Shown piece after piece: positions 1 through 11,820 of a DNA stretch of 64,000 nt. The notes below the pieces were generated by a model. The model made no database searches. It was not told where the DNA came from and worked only from the letters and a program-made list of their open reading frames with translations. The stretch comes from Felis catus. Its lineage: Eukaryota. The stretch covers positions 40,672,001 to 40,736,000 of the forward strand of contig NC_058383.1 in assembly GCF_018350175.1 (NCBI RefSeq), read 5' to 3'. A program made the position numbers and the translations under genes. The stretch's first letter is position 1. Each line of letters opens with the position of its first letter.

Positions 1-377
1 AGGGCGATCGACCAAACCCGAGCCTCCTTTGCCTTGGTTTCCTCAACCCGGAAGTGAGGTGGCCAAGAGTCCGGCACCCCTCAGGTCAGTCGAGCCAAAC
101 AAAGGAGGCCTTGCCAGCTGGGAGCAGGCCGCTCCTGTCTCAGGAATGTGGGGGGCAGTCACCCGGGAGCGGGGGGGGCCCAGGTGGAGAGCAGCCCCAG
201 CCTGGGCCTCCCCTGGGGGGGCGCGGGCATGTACCAGGCTCGAGTTGGGAGCTGACGCCTTACTTCACAGCGTCTCACTGCCCCATTTCTCGTGCCGTGA
301 GACGAGGCTCAGTGGGCAAGGGTGGGTCCCCCACCTGGTGCCGCCACAGGATCTCTGCAGGCCGCCCCACTAGTCCT

Positions 378-1085
378 GACACCGGCGAGGACGCGGAGAG
401 AGAGGATCTCTTTGGCACTGCTGGTGGGAATGCTGGCTGGTGCGGCCACTCTGCAAAACGGTATGGAGGCTCCTCAAAAAATTAAAGGTAGAACTACCCT
501 ACGACCCAGCAATGGCACTGCTAGGCATTTATCCAAGGGATACAAGTGTGCTGTTTCGAAGGACACGTGCACCCCCATGTTTATAGCAGCACTATCGACA
601 ACAGCCAAAGTATGGAAAGAGCCCAAATGTCCAGCGATGGATGAATGGAAAAGAAGATGTGGAATATATACACGATGGAGTATTACTCAGCAATCAAAAA
701 GAATGAAATCTTGCCATTTGCAACTACGTGGATGGAACTGGAGGGTATTATGCTCAGTGAAATTAGTCAGAGAAAGACAGATATCATAGAACTTCACTCA
801 TATGAGGACTTTAAGACACAAAACAGATGAACACAAGGGAAGAGAAACAAAAATAATATAAAAACAGGGAGGGGGACAAAACACAAGAGACTCTTAAAGA
901 CAGAAAACACACTGAGGGTTGTTGGAGGGTTGTGGGGGGGGGGATGGGCCAAATTAGTGATGGGCATTAAGGAGGACACTCGTTGGGTTGAGCACTGGGT
1001 GTTATACACAGGGAATGAATTACTGAAATCATTATTGCACTATATGCTAACTAACTTAGATGTAAATTTAAAAATTAATTAAAAG
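378..1085 (+). mobile_element. L1 (LINE-1) 3' fragment, felid/carnivore type: end of ORF2, 3' UTR and A-rich tail
   Basis: Degenerate ORF2 C-terminal peptides (TCTPMFIAALSTTAKVWKEPKCP; MEYYSAIKKNEILPFATTWMELEGIMLSEISQ), a G-rich 3' UTR tract and an A-rich end. Confidence 0.93.
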
Positions 1086-1123
1086 AAAGGAAGAAAGACA
1101 AAGACAAAAGAAAGTTCCATCCA

Positions 1124-1488
1124 GGGGTGCCTGGCTGGCTCAATTTGTTAAGCGACTAACTTCAGCTCGGCAGCTCAGTCATAATCTCGCGGTTCATGAG
1201 TTCCAGCCCTGCATCGGGCTCTCTGCTGGTCAGCACAGAGCCCACTTCAGATCCTCTGTCTCTCTCTCTCACTCTGCCCCTCCCCTGCTCTCCCTCTCTC
1301 TGTCTCCTAAAAGTAAAAATAAATATTAAAGGGGTGCCTGGGTGGCTCAGTCAGTTAAGCGTCCAACTTCGGCTCAGGCCATGATCTCGCAGTTGATGAG
1401 TTCGAGCCCCACATCAGGCTCTGTGCTGACAGCTCGGAGCCTGGAGCCTGCTTCAGATTCTGTGTCTCCCTCTCTCTCTGCCCCTTCC
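1124..1488 (+). mobile_element. Two adjacent Can-SINEs (SINEC_Fc-like), ~1124-1330 and 1331-1488; the second runs into an N gap
   Basis: tRNA-derived head GGGGTGCCTGG(G/C)TGGCTCA, body GAGCCTGCTTCAGATTCTGTGTCTCCC, and a CT-rich plus A tail. Confidence 0.92.
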
Positions 1489-1658
1489 NNNNNNNNNNNN
1501 NNNNNNNNNNNNNNNNNNNNNNNNNNNNNNNNNNNNNNNNNNNNNNNNNNNNNNNNNNNNNNNNNNNNNNNNNNNNNNNNNNNNNNNNNNNNNNNNNNNN
1601 NNNNNNNNNNNNNNNNNNNNNNNNNNNNNNNNNNNNNNNNNNNNNNNNNNNNNNNNNN
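1489..1658. other. Assembly gap (170 N)
   Basis: Run of N. Confidence 1.
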
Positions 1659-2234
1659 ACTGAAACATTCCGGACAAATCGTAAAAACCAAGTCCCTGAG
1701 GGTCCTGGGGAAGGAAGGAAAGCTAGCAGAATTTGGAGGGGAATTGACACTGACGGAGGAGAGCAGCAGGGAGGAGGTCTCCCTCTGCGTATGTAGCTTT
1801 GCCCTGAAGACACTCAGAGGCAGGGCCCCCGTGATCGGGCTCCAGCAGAGATCCCACCATCTTTCTGGCTGAAGGAGGAAGGAGCCTAGGATTAGCAGAT
1901 CCCAGAGAAAAAGTGAAGAATTCTGAAAGAGAGCCTGGGGAGGGGACCCCAAATTCTGTGTTTGAACTCTACCCAGGTCTCTTGCTGACCCCTGAATCAT
2001 GCATTGCAAGGCAGACTGGAAACAGCTCAGCCAAAGATGAAATACTGGCCGAGACCGACGGGTCTGCAGAGTTCACTGTTCAAGCCTAATCAAGTTTATT
2101 GCCTGCCAAGACAAAAGCATCAACAGTCTTCACAGGAATATAACAGAACGCAGTGTCTCTACGATGTGATAGTCACAGTATTCATGGTAAAATCGAAGAC
2201 CGTGTCAACTATACTTTGCTTAAGAAAAAATCCA

Positions 2235-2427
2235 GGGGCACCTGGGTGGCTCAGTTGGTTGGGCGTCCGACTTTGGCTCAGGTCATGACCTCACAGTTCA
2301 CAAGTTCAAGCTCCTCATCGGGCTCTGTGCTGACAGTTCAGAGCATGGAGCCTGCTTTGGATTCTGTGTCTCCCTCTCTCTCTGCTGCGCCCCGGCTCAT
2401 GCTCTCTCTCAAAAATAAATAAATAAG

Positions 2428-2458
<31 letters not shown>

Positions 2459-2460
2459 AA
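2235..2460 (+). mobile_element. Can-SINE with (TAAA)n tail
   Basis: SINE head at 2235 and a (TAAA)n tail at ~2415-2459. Confidence 0.92.
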
Positions 2461-2532
2461 TTGTTAAAGCAGCTATTACAACTATACTCAACTGAGTAAT
2501 GGAAAATAGGCTTTCATGAATGGGGATGTAGG

Positions 2533-2534
<2 letters not shown>

Positions 2535-2578
<44 letters not shown>
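2535..2578. repeat. (AC)n microsatellite
   Basis: About 22 uninterrupted AC units. Confidence 0.98.
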
Positions 2579-2581
<3 letters not shown>

Positions 2582-2634
2582 TATAACCAAGTTTTAGAAA
2601 TGGCAAACACGCGATTTGGAATTTGGAATCACAG

Positions 2635-3035
2635 GATGAGCTTTATAACAAGATCAATCACTTCCAATTGAGACTCAGGTAGCAGCTCCTCAGTTGCACG
2701 GTTAAATGGGTTTTGAAATGTGGAAATTTCCTTTGCGAGAACACCGAGGAGCTGTAGTTTGAACTCAAAACATACAGCCGCTGCCGATGCACAGAGGAGT
2801 GGGGAGCCTGCTTCTCGTTTCAGCTTAGACAGCATGGGAAGCATGTGACCCGCGTCCTTGCGATTCACATAACGTCATTGGTTGAGATGGCAGTAACGTG
2901 TGTATGTTTCACATACAAATACTTCTTTCCCTTGTAATTTGAGGTTAAAAATCATTAAGAGACATGATCAAGTCTGAAGCAAAAATTAAATTGCAAAGCA
3001 ATTCAGTGTTCGATGATTTAGGTCAAAGGAGGTTC
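2635..3035 (-). mobile_element. Fossil hAT (Charlie/GTF2IRD2-like) transposase fragment
   Basis: Minus-strand peptide ISTFQNPFNRATEELLPESQLEVIDL resembles the FQNPF...LQLEVIDLQ motif that precedes the hATC dimerisation domain. AT-rich and decayed. Confidence 0.55.
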
Positions 3036-3136
3036 TTCACAGTGAATACAACAAACAGTGGATTGTACACTTCAAATGGGTAAGTTGTATGACATGGGTA
3101 TTATATCTCATTAAAGCTATGTTTTAAAAATAGGCC

Positions 3137-3345
3137 GGGGCACCTGGGTGCCTCAGTTGGTTAAGCATCTGACTCTTGATTTCGGCTCAGGTCATGATCT
3201 CACGGTTCGTGAGTTCAAGCCCCGCATTGGGGTCTGCACTGACAGTGTGGAACCTTCTTGGGATTCTCTGACTCCCTCTCTCTCTGCCTCTCCCCCCTGC
3301 TCATGCTCGTGCTCGCTATCTCTCTCTCTCTCTCTCAAATAAACA
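3137..3345 (+). mobile_element. Can-SINE
   Basis: Typical head, CT-rich segment and A-rich tail. Confidence 0.9.
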
Positions 3346-3409
3346 AGCATTTAAAAATAGACTAGAGTAGAACAGAATAAAACCAAACAAAATAAAAAAC
3401 AGGCCAAGG

Positions 3410-5370
3410 CACGAATATCTAGTAGGAAAAGGACCATCTGTTCAACAAACGGGGATGGGACAACTGGACAGCGACATGCAAAAGAGAGAAATTGAACCAC
3501 TCTCTTACATCACACACAAAAATAAACTCAAAATGGATGAGAGATCTAAATGTGAGACCTGAAACCATAAAAGTCCTTTAGAGGAGAACACAGGCAGTAA
3601 CTTATCTGACATGGGCTGTAACAACTTCTTTCTAGACATGTCTCCTGAGGCAAGGGAAACAAAAACAAAAATAAGCTATCGGGACCTCATCAAGATAAAA
3701 AGCTTCTGCACAGCAAAGGAAACAATCAACAAAACTAAAAGGCAACCGACTGAATGGAAGAAGACACTTGCAAGTTACATATCCAATAAGGGGTTAGTAT
3801 CCAAAATACAGAAAGAACTGATACAACTCAATTCCAGAAAACCAAATAATCCAATTAAAAATTGGGCAAAGACATGAACATTTTTCCAAAGACACCCAGA
3901 TGGCCTCCAGACACATAAAAAGATGCTCAACATCCCTGATCATCAGGGAAATGCAAATCAGAACTCCAGTGAGGGACCACGTCACACCTGTCAGAATGGC
4001 TAGACTCAACAACATGAGAAACAACAGTGCTGTCGAGGATGTTGAGAAAGGGGAACCCTCTTGCACTGCTGGTGGGAATACAAACCAGTGCAGCCAGTGT
4101 GGAGACCAGTATGGAGGTTCCTCAAAAAGTTAAAAATAGAACTACCCCCCCCCGGGGGGGCATCTGGGTGGCTCGGACGGTTGAGTGTCCAACTTTGCCT
4201 TGAGTCATGATCTCACCGTACATGAGCTCTAGCCCCACATCTGGCTCGCTGCTGTCAGCACAGAGCCCGCTTCATATCCTCTGCCCCCCTCTCTCTCTGC
4301 CCCTCCCCTGCTCACACTCTCTCTCAAAAATAATAAATAAACATTAAAAAAAATAGAATACCCCCAGTCCAGTAATCACACTACTGGGTATTTACCCAAA
4401 GAATACAAGAACACTAATTAAAAAGGATACGTGCTGCACCCCAATGTTCACTGCAGCATTATTTACAATAGTGAAATTATGGAAGTGCCCCAAATGGCCA
4501 TCGATACATGAATGGATAAAAAACAGGTGGTGTAGGGGCGCCTGGGGGGCTCAGTCGGTTAAGCGTCCGACTTTGGCTCAGGTCACGATCTCGTATTTCG
4601 TGAGTACGAGCCCCTCGTGGGACTCTGTGCTGACAGCTCAGAGCCTGGAGCCTGCTTCGGATTCTGTGTCTCCCTCTCTCTGCCCCTCCCCCACTTGTGC
4701 GTGCTCACTCGCTCTCTCTCAAAAACAAATAAACAAATTTTTTTACAAGAAGAGGTGGTGTATATAGAGAATGGAATATTGCTCAGCCATTTAAAAAAAA
4801 ATACGAGATCTTACCATTTGCAACAAATGGATAGGGCTATAGAGCTAGAGGGTATGATGCTCTGAATGAAACAGTCAGTTGGACAAAGACAAATACCATG
4901 TGACTTTATTCATACGTGCAATTTAAGAAACGAAACAAATGGGGGCGCCTGGGGGCTCCGTCGGTTACACATCTGACTCTTGATTTCAGCTCAGGTCATG
5001 ATCTCTCCGTTTGTGAGTTCAAGCCCCGCACGAGGCTCTGTGCTGACAGCTCAGGGCCTGCTTCGGGTTCTCTCTCTCCCTCTCTCTGCCCCTCCCCTGG
5101 CTCATGGTCTCTCTCTCAAAATAAATAATTAAAAAAAAAAAGAAACCAAACAAATGAAGGGGGAAGAAAGAGAGACAAACTAAGAAACAGACTCTCAACT
5201 ACAGAGAACACACTGACGGTTAACAGAGTGGGTGGCGGAAGTCAGTGCTGGGGGTGAAGAGCCCACTCGTCATGATGGGTAGCAGGTGACATGTGGGATC
5301 GTTGGATCACTGTACCGCGTGTGCAAAACTGACATCACGCTGTATGTTAACTCCACTGCACTTAAAACAT
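3410..5370 (+). mobile_element. Older carnivore L1 3' portion (ORF2 end and 3' UTR), interrupted by three Can-SINEs (~4157-4345, 4534-4745, 4941-5140)
   Basis: ORF2 remnants (DLIKIKSFCTAKETINKTKRQPTEW; [16 protein letters not shown]; MFTAALFTIVKLWK) are split by SINE insertions. Confidence 0.9.
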
Positions 5371-5379
5371 AGATCGATC

Positions 5380-7010
5380 ACTTAAAGAGGCTAAGGATTT
5401 GAACAGACACTTCACAAAAGGTGTGTGAATGGCCAGTCAACACATGGGAACGTGTGGGGACAACAGTGGTCCGACATCACCCACCGCCCAGGGAAACGCA
5501 AATCAAATCCGTGTGACACTAGCCCACCTGAGCGAGTCAGTTGGAAGGGACTGACAGCGCTGAGCGTTGGCAGGCATACGGAGCAGCCGAACGGTCACAC
5601 GCTGCTGGTGGACACGCGTGCCAATGCCGTCACTTTCGTCTGGCGTTTTCTTTTCTTTTTTGGGGGGAGACACCGAATCCGAAGCAGGCTCCAGGCTCCG
5701 AGCCGTCAGCACAGAGCCCGACGCGGGGCTCGAACTCACGAACTGCGACATCATGACCTGAGCCGAAGTCGGACGCTCAACCGACTGAGCCACCCAGGCG
5801 CCCCTCATCTGGCGTTTTCTTAAGACGTTAGACATACACCTCACTGCGCGATTTGGTCACTCCACTCTTAAGTAATGGCTCCAGAGAGATGAAAATGTAC
5901 ATCCACGCAAAGAACAGTCACAGTAGCTCTATTCACAGTAGCCAAAAATGGGGAAAAGCAATTTTCCACCAATAGATGAACGGACAGACTAAATGTGGTC
6001 TGTCCATCTGGCAACAAGGAAGAACAAGGCACTGACACGTGACGAAACGATGAGTTTCAAGATCATGCTGAGTGAAGAAGCCGAGGGCAAAGAGAATATA
6101 AAATCTTTGTAAAAACTTTAAAATGCAAGCTAATCTATTATAACAAACAGCACATCTGCGGCTGCCTTCAGCCAGGCAGCTGCCCCCAGGTTAGGGATTC
6201 CTGTTCAACAGGGAGTAACGAACACAAAAGTGCAGTGGAGACGTTCTGCATCCTGGTTGCGGTGGTGGCTTCATGGGTGTGTACGTGCCAAGGCTCTTTG
6301 GATGGTACACTTTAAACAGATGCCTTTATTGTACATAAATTGCACAATAAAATGGATTTCAAAATCCACAGCCTAACAAGCGTTGGCAAGGATGCGGAGA
6401 AGCCGTTCCCTCGTGCACTTCTGGTGAAAACGTTCACTGGTGCAGCCACTGTGGAAAACAGCCTGGCAGCTCCTCAGAAACTTAAACCCAGAATGACCAC
6501 ACGACCCAGCAATTGAAGATATGCACCCACAAGACTTGAAAACAGTAACTCAAACAGACTTTGTACACCCATGTTCACAGCAGCCGAGAGGCGACAAGAC
6601 GCCAAGCGCCCATCGGCAGAGGAACGGTGAACAAAGCACGTGGACCGTCCACGGTGGCATATATGACTCGGCCACGGAAGGAATGGAACGCACGCTCCAA
6701 CGTGGACAGGCCTCGAAAACATGGTGCTCAGTGGAAGCAGCCAGATGTGGAAGGACAAACATTCCCTCTTTAGGCAACGTCCAGATAAGGGAAACGCATC
6801 GAGACAGAAAGCGTAACAGGGACTACCAGGGGCTGGAAGCGGGGAGGGGAATCACTGTTTAAAGAGTGCAGAATGTCCGTTTCATAAAAAGTTCGGCTGG
6901 AAGTTGACGGTGGTGATGGGTACACAGCATTGTGAGTGTACCTAATACCACCAAGTCATACGCTTAAAGGTGATTAAAAGAGTAAGTTTTATGTATATTT
7001 CACAACCATA
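5380..7010 (+). mobile_element. Old L1M-type 3' fragments containing a short minus-strand Can-SINE (~5648-5803)
   Basis: Degenerate L1 ORF2-end and 3' UTR motifs. The SINE is flanked by the target-site duplication TC(G/A)TCTGGCGTTTTCTT. Confidence 0.75.
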
Positions 7011-7195
7011 AAACATCAACAGCGTTCATTCATGTCAGCAATAATAACAAACTTAGTAGAAAAGTAATCCTTTCTGATAACGATGAGATCCACAAAGTCT
7101 CTAGAAATCAGCCTAATAATGCAGAGAACAACCCAGCAGGATAATGCTATCAGTGCTCCTAAAATTGTGCTGTACAATCGGATCCTATTTTTAAA

Positions 7196-7418
7196 AAAAT
7201 TTTTAACGTTTATTTATTTTTGACAGAGAGAGACAGAGAGAGACAGAACATGAATGGGGGAGGGGCAGAGAGAGAGGGAGACACAGAATCGGAAGCAGGC
7301 TCCAGGCTCCGAGCCATCAGCCCAGAGCCTGCTGACGTGGGGCTCGAACTCACAGACCACGAGATCATGACCTCAGCTGAAGTTGGACGCTCAACTGACT
7401 GAGCCACCCAGGCACCCC
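7196..7418 (-). mobile_element. Can-SINE
   Basis: Reverse complement of a full SINE, with the T-rich tail on the left. Confidence 0.92.
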
Positions 7419-9129
7419 AATCGATCCAATCCTATTAAAGATTAAAATACGAGGTTTTTTTTTTTCAGGAATGTAACGATTTTATTTTAAAAATAAAGAG
7501 AAGAAACATCCGTGACGTAAGAAGACAAGTTCCTGGATACTAAGACAAAGCCACGCATAATGAAGTTAGGAACAGACAGCGGGGGCAGGCACGAGACGAC
7601 ACAAAATGCCCCCGTGTGCACGCAGGGACTGCTACCAGCAATGGCGGGGAAAGGGACAGTCCGTGGGACAGGTGGGGCAGGGAAATGAGGCCCCTTGCCC
7701 GCATGGCAGACAAGCCGGGTACCAAATTCAGTAAGACCTGCGTACGGCAGAGAACACTCTAGGCACATAGAAGGACCTGGACTGAGGAGTCGCGAAAGAT
7801 GCCCAGACCCAAACAGAAACTACCTGCTGATTGTGGGTGAGTCTGACTTCACCAGAATGAAGGATTCCCGTTCCACAAACAATTGGCAGTTAGCAGGCAG
7901 GCGTCAAACAAGGAGAGGGACAGCCGAAGCCTAGAAGGGCCCGAGGCTCAGTGAGTACCTAGAACGGGGGAGAACGGGAGCCCCTGTGACCACAGAGATT
8001 CCAAGTCAAGCAAGGAGATGGACAAAACTAGAAAGGTGGGGGGTAACGGGTGTTGGTGACCATGTGAGGGACGGCCCGACGGCGGACACCTGGAACGAAG
8101 CTCCCACCCCCCCACCCTGGCAACCTGGATGTGCCTTCGTTTCTGGTCTCCTCCCAGCGCTGCTCAGCTCCGCGTTTTGCAAGTTGCGCTCAGGCGTGCA
8201 GCTGGCTTCTCCTTCCTCATGCACGACCTCCGTTTGTCCTTCCTCTCTGTCAGGGGTTGCCCCCAGGCTATTGCTGGCCTTGTCACTCTCTGGGTGAACA
8301 AAACAAATGTGGGGCTGCTTATTCTGCACAAAAAGAAAAGGCCTTTTTTCTCCCGTTCACAGGACTAAATCTGTTCCTCATCAGGGAGGGCATCCGGTCA
8401 CGACTAAGCAGTCGGGTGAACGGTCACTCCTGGTTTGATCGCTGGTGTGGACGCACTTCCGTCTAATCTGATCAGCTCCATGGGTCCAAGGGTGGGTGGC
8501 CAGGTTCCCTGGCAGGACCCACGTCCTGGCACGGCAGGGTCCGCGCCCCGAGTTCAGTAGGCTGTCTCCAGTCCGGTTTCTCGAAACACCTGTTCCCCAG
8601 CGCGGGCAAAATAACAAAAAGAACCAGACTAGGTTGGCCTGGAGCCTGGAGCAGACCTGCCACGGGTCTCTACACCAGGTGGCCTCTTCCAGGAAGCCTT
8701 CGTCGGCTGGCAGTCTTCCTGACTCTGAGAGGTCAGCCCCTTTCTCCCTGAGCCCCTGTTTCCGCCCTGACGCCAGTCCAGAGCAGAATATTCATTCTGT
8801 GAATGAAGACCCACCGCAGATGGCTTTTTACCTTTTTACAGAGAAGGAAACTGAGGGCCAGAGAGGTCCGATGACTGACCAGAGCCCACGTAAGAGTCAG
8901 GTCTCTCGGCTTTGAGAGAGGAGTGTGGGGACGGTTCTGGTGTCAGGCACCCCCGGGGCGACATTCTCGCTCAGCCACTGCCCTGCGAGCAGGTTCCAGG
9001 GCCTCGGTTTCCCGCTTTGCCGGGTGGCACTTGCCGGGGGTGGCTGCATGCCTGCAGCTGGGCCCCAGCCTCAAGGAAACGAGAGGGCCCCTTCCTGCCC
9101 CCCAGAACTGGCCAGGTCCAGTAGGTGGC

Positions 9130-11820
9130 CAGGGATGTTTCCCTTTGCCGCTGTGTCCCTGAGGCCATGGGGACTGCAGCCACAGGAACCAGTGACCCAG
9201 CCCAGCTGGCCTGAGGCAGACGTGGGGGGGGGGGTGCTGTGGCTATTCACCCGGCTGATGTCCCCTGCCCTGCTGAGCCTCACCTCTGCTCACAGCTATA
9301 GACCTGCTCACGGCCACCAGCTGGGTGGCCGCTCGTCTTCTTGGACATTCCGATGGTGTCCGTGAGGGCCAGGGCTGAGGCTGCCAGCACCACACTCTGC
9401 GTCAGCCAGGCCTAGGGGCTCCTTGTATGTTGTGGCTTCCCAGGTGGGCTGCAGGGGCTGGAGAGACGTCACCAGAGGATCTGTTCCGGTCGGGCCCTGC
9501 CCAGCCCTCCCGCCACCCCCTCTCACGAGTCCACACCATCGTCCTGGAGGCTGTGGTCCACTGCCTGGGGCCAGAGCTCACACCATGGCCATCACTGAAC
9601 TCAAGGACGGGTTCCAAGGGCCACTGACCCTCTTCCAGGCTTCGGTGACTCCCGTCCCAGTTCACTTACTACTCTCAGTGGAGGCCCACGTGCATGCTCC
9701 CAACAGGGGCAGGGCTGTGGGCAGAGCTGGGACTGCTTCGTCCAGGGGTGGAGGACACGGGCCAGGTCCCAGGGAGGGGGGAGTGGGCCAGGACCAAGTT
9801 TGACCTGAATGCCCACCTGCATGCTGCTGCTGCCACTCCAAGCCCTGAGCGATGAGGCCCAGTGGAACCTGCGAGTGTCCCCATGGGCCACCGTGGTACT
9901 GGGATGGACTGCTGGGCTCCCAGAGCCTCCCCCGACCATCAGCCCTCCCCCAACATAATTTGCCTGGATACGACCTTGATGCCTTCTCAGGGGAGCAGAG
10001 GAAGCTCACGCACAGCTAGATGTGGGGACCCAGCATGGCACAACAGTATCAGGGAGAGGGGGCAATCCTGGGGCTGACCCCAGGTCTCTACTTGGGCCCT
10101 GCTGACCCTGACCCAGCTGGCTCCACTGGCCGAGATGAGGGCCAGCCCCGCCCAGACACTCCCGGGCTTCCTTTGCAGGCCCACTGGCATCTGTGAGTGG
10201 TGTCCTGGGTCAGAGGGCACAGGGGAGATGGAACTGCCACTTGCCCAGCTGACCCCTGTTCCCCAGGCCCGGCGAACGAGCGTTGCCCCGGCCACCTCCC
10301 CCTGGACCTCCCCTGCTGCCACATGGGACCTTCAGGGCCAGCACAGCCAGGACATCACGCTCTGGTTCCAGACTCACCTGCTGCCCTTCCTGCTGGCCAC
10401 GGCTGGTGCCATCCTGGCCCTGCTCCGGGGGGATGTCTTCCGTGATGCCTTCCAGCAGATGTAGGAAAAGGTGGGGGTGGGTGGCCCCGGTGCTGAGTTG
10501 GGTAGGGGGCGCCTGGGCAGTGACCCCACCCCTGTGCTCCAACCCCCGAGTGAGGGGCCGCGACGGTGTCTTCCAGCTGCTCCTGGTGCTGGCTCCCCAC
10601 AGCACCAGTGGCCTCTGCAGAACCCTCCTGGCATGCAAGGCATCTGGGGGTGAGGGTCAGCAGCACGCAGGGCTACCCTCACTCTGACCCCCCACCCCAG
10701 CACTGTTCGCGTCCCTGGGCGGTCACTGGGAGCAGATGGGCAGAACTTGCCTCCCCCGCAGGGAGCTGAACCACAGTGTGGGCTAAGGACATGCCCGCAG
10801 GGACCCTCACGCTCAGACGTGGCCACGTGCTCCAGGGAGACTGCGTCTTTCCGACCGAGCACCTGCTATGTTGGGACCAGAGGCTCGGTGTCTCGAGCAC
10901 GGGGAGGGAGGAGTGAAGCCAGCTGGGCTTTGGAGTGGGACAGGTGCCTCCCTGACAGCCAAACTGAAGGGCAATGCCCACTTCCAGGCCCAGGTCCCAG
11001 ATAGGCCCGCCAGCCCAGCTGGCCACCTCCTTCATGGCCTCAGGCACCATCACCCAGGAGCTGACCGTGGACCAGGCCCTGGACCAGCTCTCTGTGGAGC
11101 TCCCCGGGTCAGTCAATACTGGCCTCTGGCCTCCACATGGCAGGTGTCCTGGGCCTGCTCGGAAGCCACTGCAGCCAGGGCATCTGGGGTGACCTGTTTC
11201 CCCTCCCCACCAGACTTGGCCTGTGGCCTACTTGGCCCCACCGACTCCAGGTCTGGTCCCTCCTCAGACCCCTGGCCACCCACAAGGATCCTACCGCACG
11301 TCAGGACAGCTTCCAAGGGCGAGTGACCGGGCTCTGGCAGGAGCTGGCTCACCTGGCCATCAGAGGGTGAAAGTGCTTCCTCACTGTTCTCTGGCTTCGA
11401 TACATCCCCACCTCCCAGTGCCTCCTGCAGTCAGGGTGACCGCTGGGAGCAGTGGTCCGGATTGGGATGACAAGGACCCTAAGGTACACGGGGAAGTCAG
11501 GGCTGCCCAGGGTGGAGGTGGCCCCAGGTCACTTCCTCCATGCCACCACAGAAGGGAAAATGAGGCCGAGATGGAGAGATGAGCCGGGACCTCGGGGAAT
11601 CGAGCCGCGGCTCTCACAGGTCACAGCCACGTTAGAGTGTCGTCCGGGCAGTGGTGGAGCGGACCCTGCCGTGAGCCCTTCTGTTCTGCAGAATGGCTCC
11701 CCTACCCCATCTATACCAAGGCAGTGGGCTCCTCCCTCCCAGTGCCCCCAGCACAAGAAAGACCTTATCTTCTACGGAGTGTGGGGGACTCCCCCACTAC
11801 TCCCAGCTGCTACAGCCCAG
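9130..11820 (+). pseudogene. Decayed multi-exon gene with an internally repeated exon cassette; putative mesothelin/stereocilin/otoancorin-superfamily relic
   Basis: Exon-like segments bounded by pyrimidine-tract AG and GT sites (10084-10192, 10267-10460, ~10549-10649, from 10701, from 10988, 11692-11820). Peptide motifs recur about three times and are disrupted by frameshifts. The family assignment is inference. Confidence 0.55.

Noticed and set aside
1-377. CpG-rich start of the window with an ETS motif, possibly MSLN-related regulatory DNA
   Set aside because: No MSLN exon recognised and too little context to call.
1124-1200. tRNA-like sequence at SINE heads
   Set aside because: Can-SINEs are tRNA-derived; these are not functional tRNA genes.
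1196-7407. Recurrent MAQSVKRPTSAQVMIS-type ORFs that look like a gene family
   Set aside because: They are translations of Can-SINE copies.
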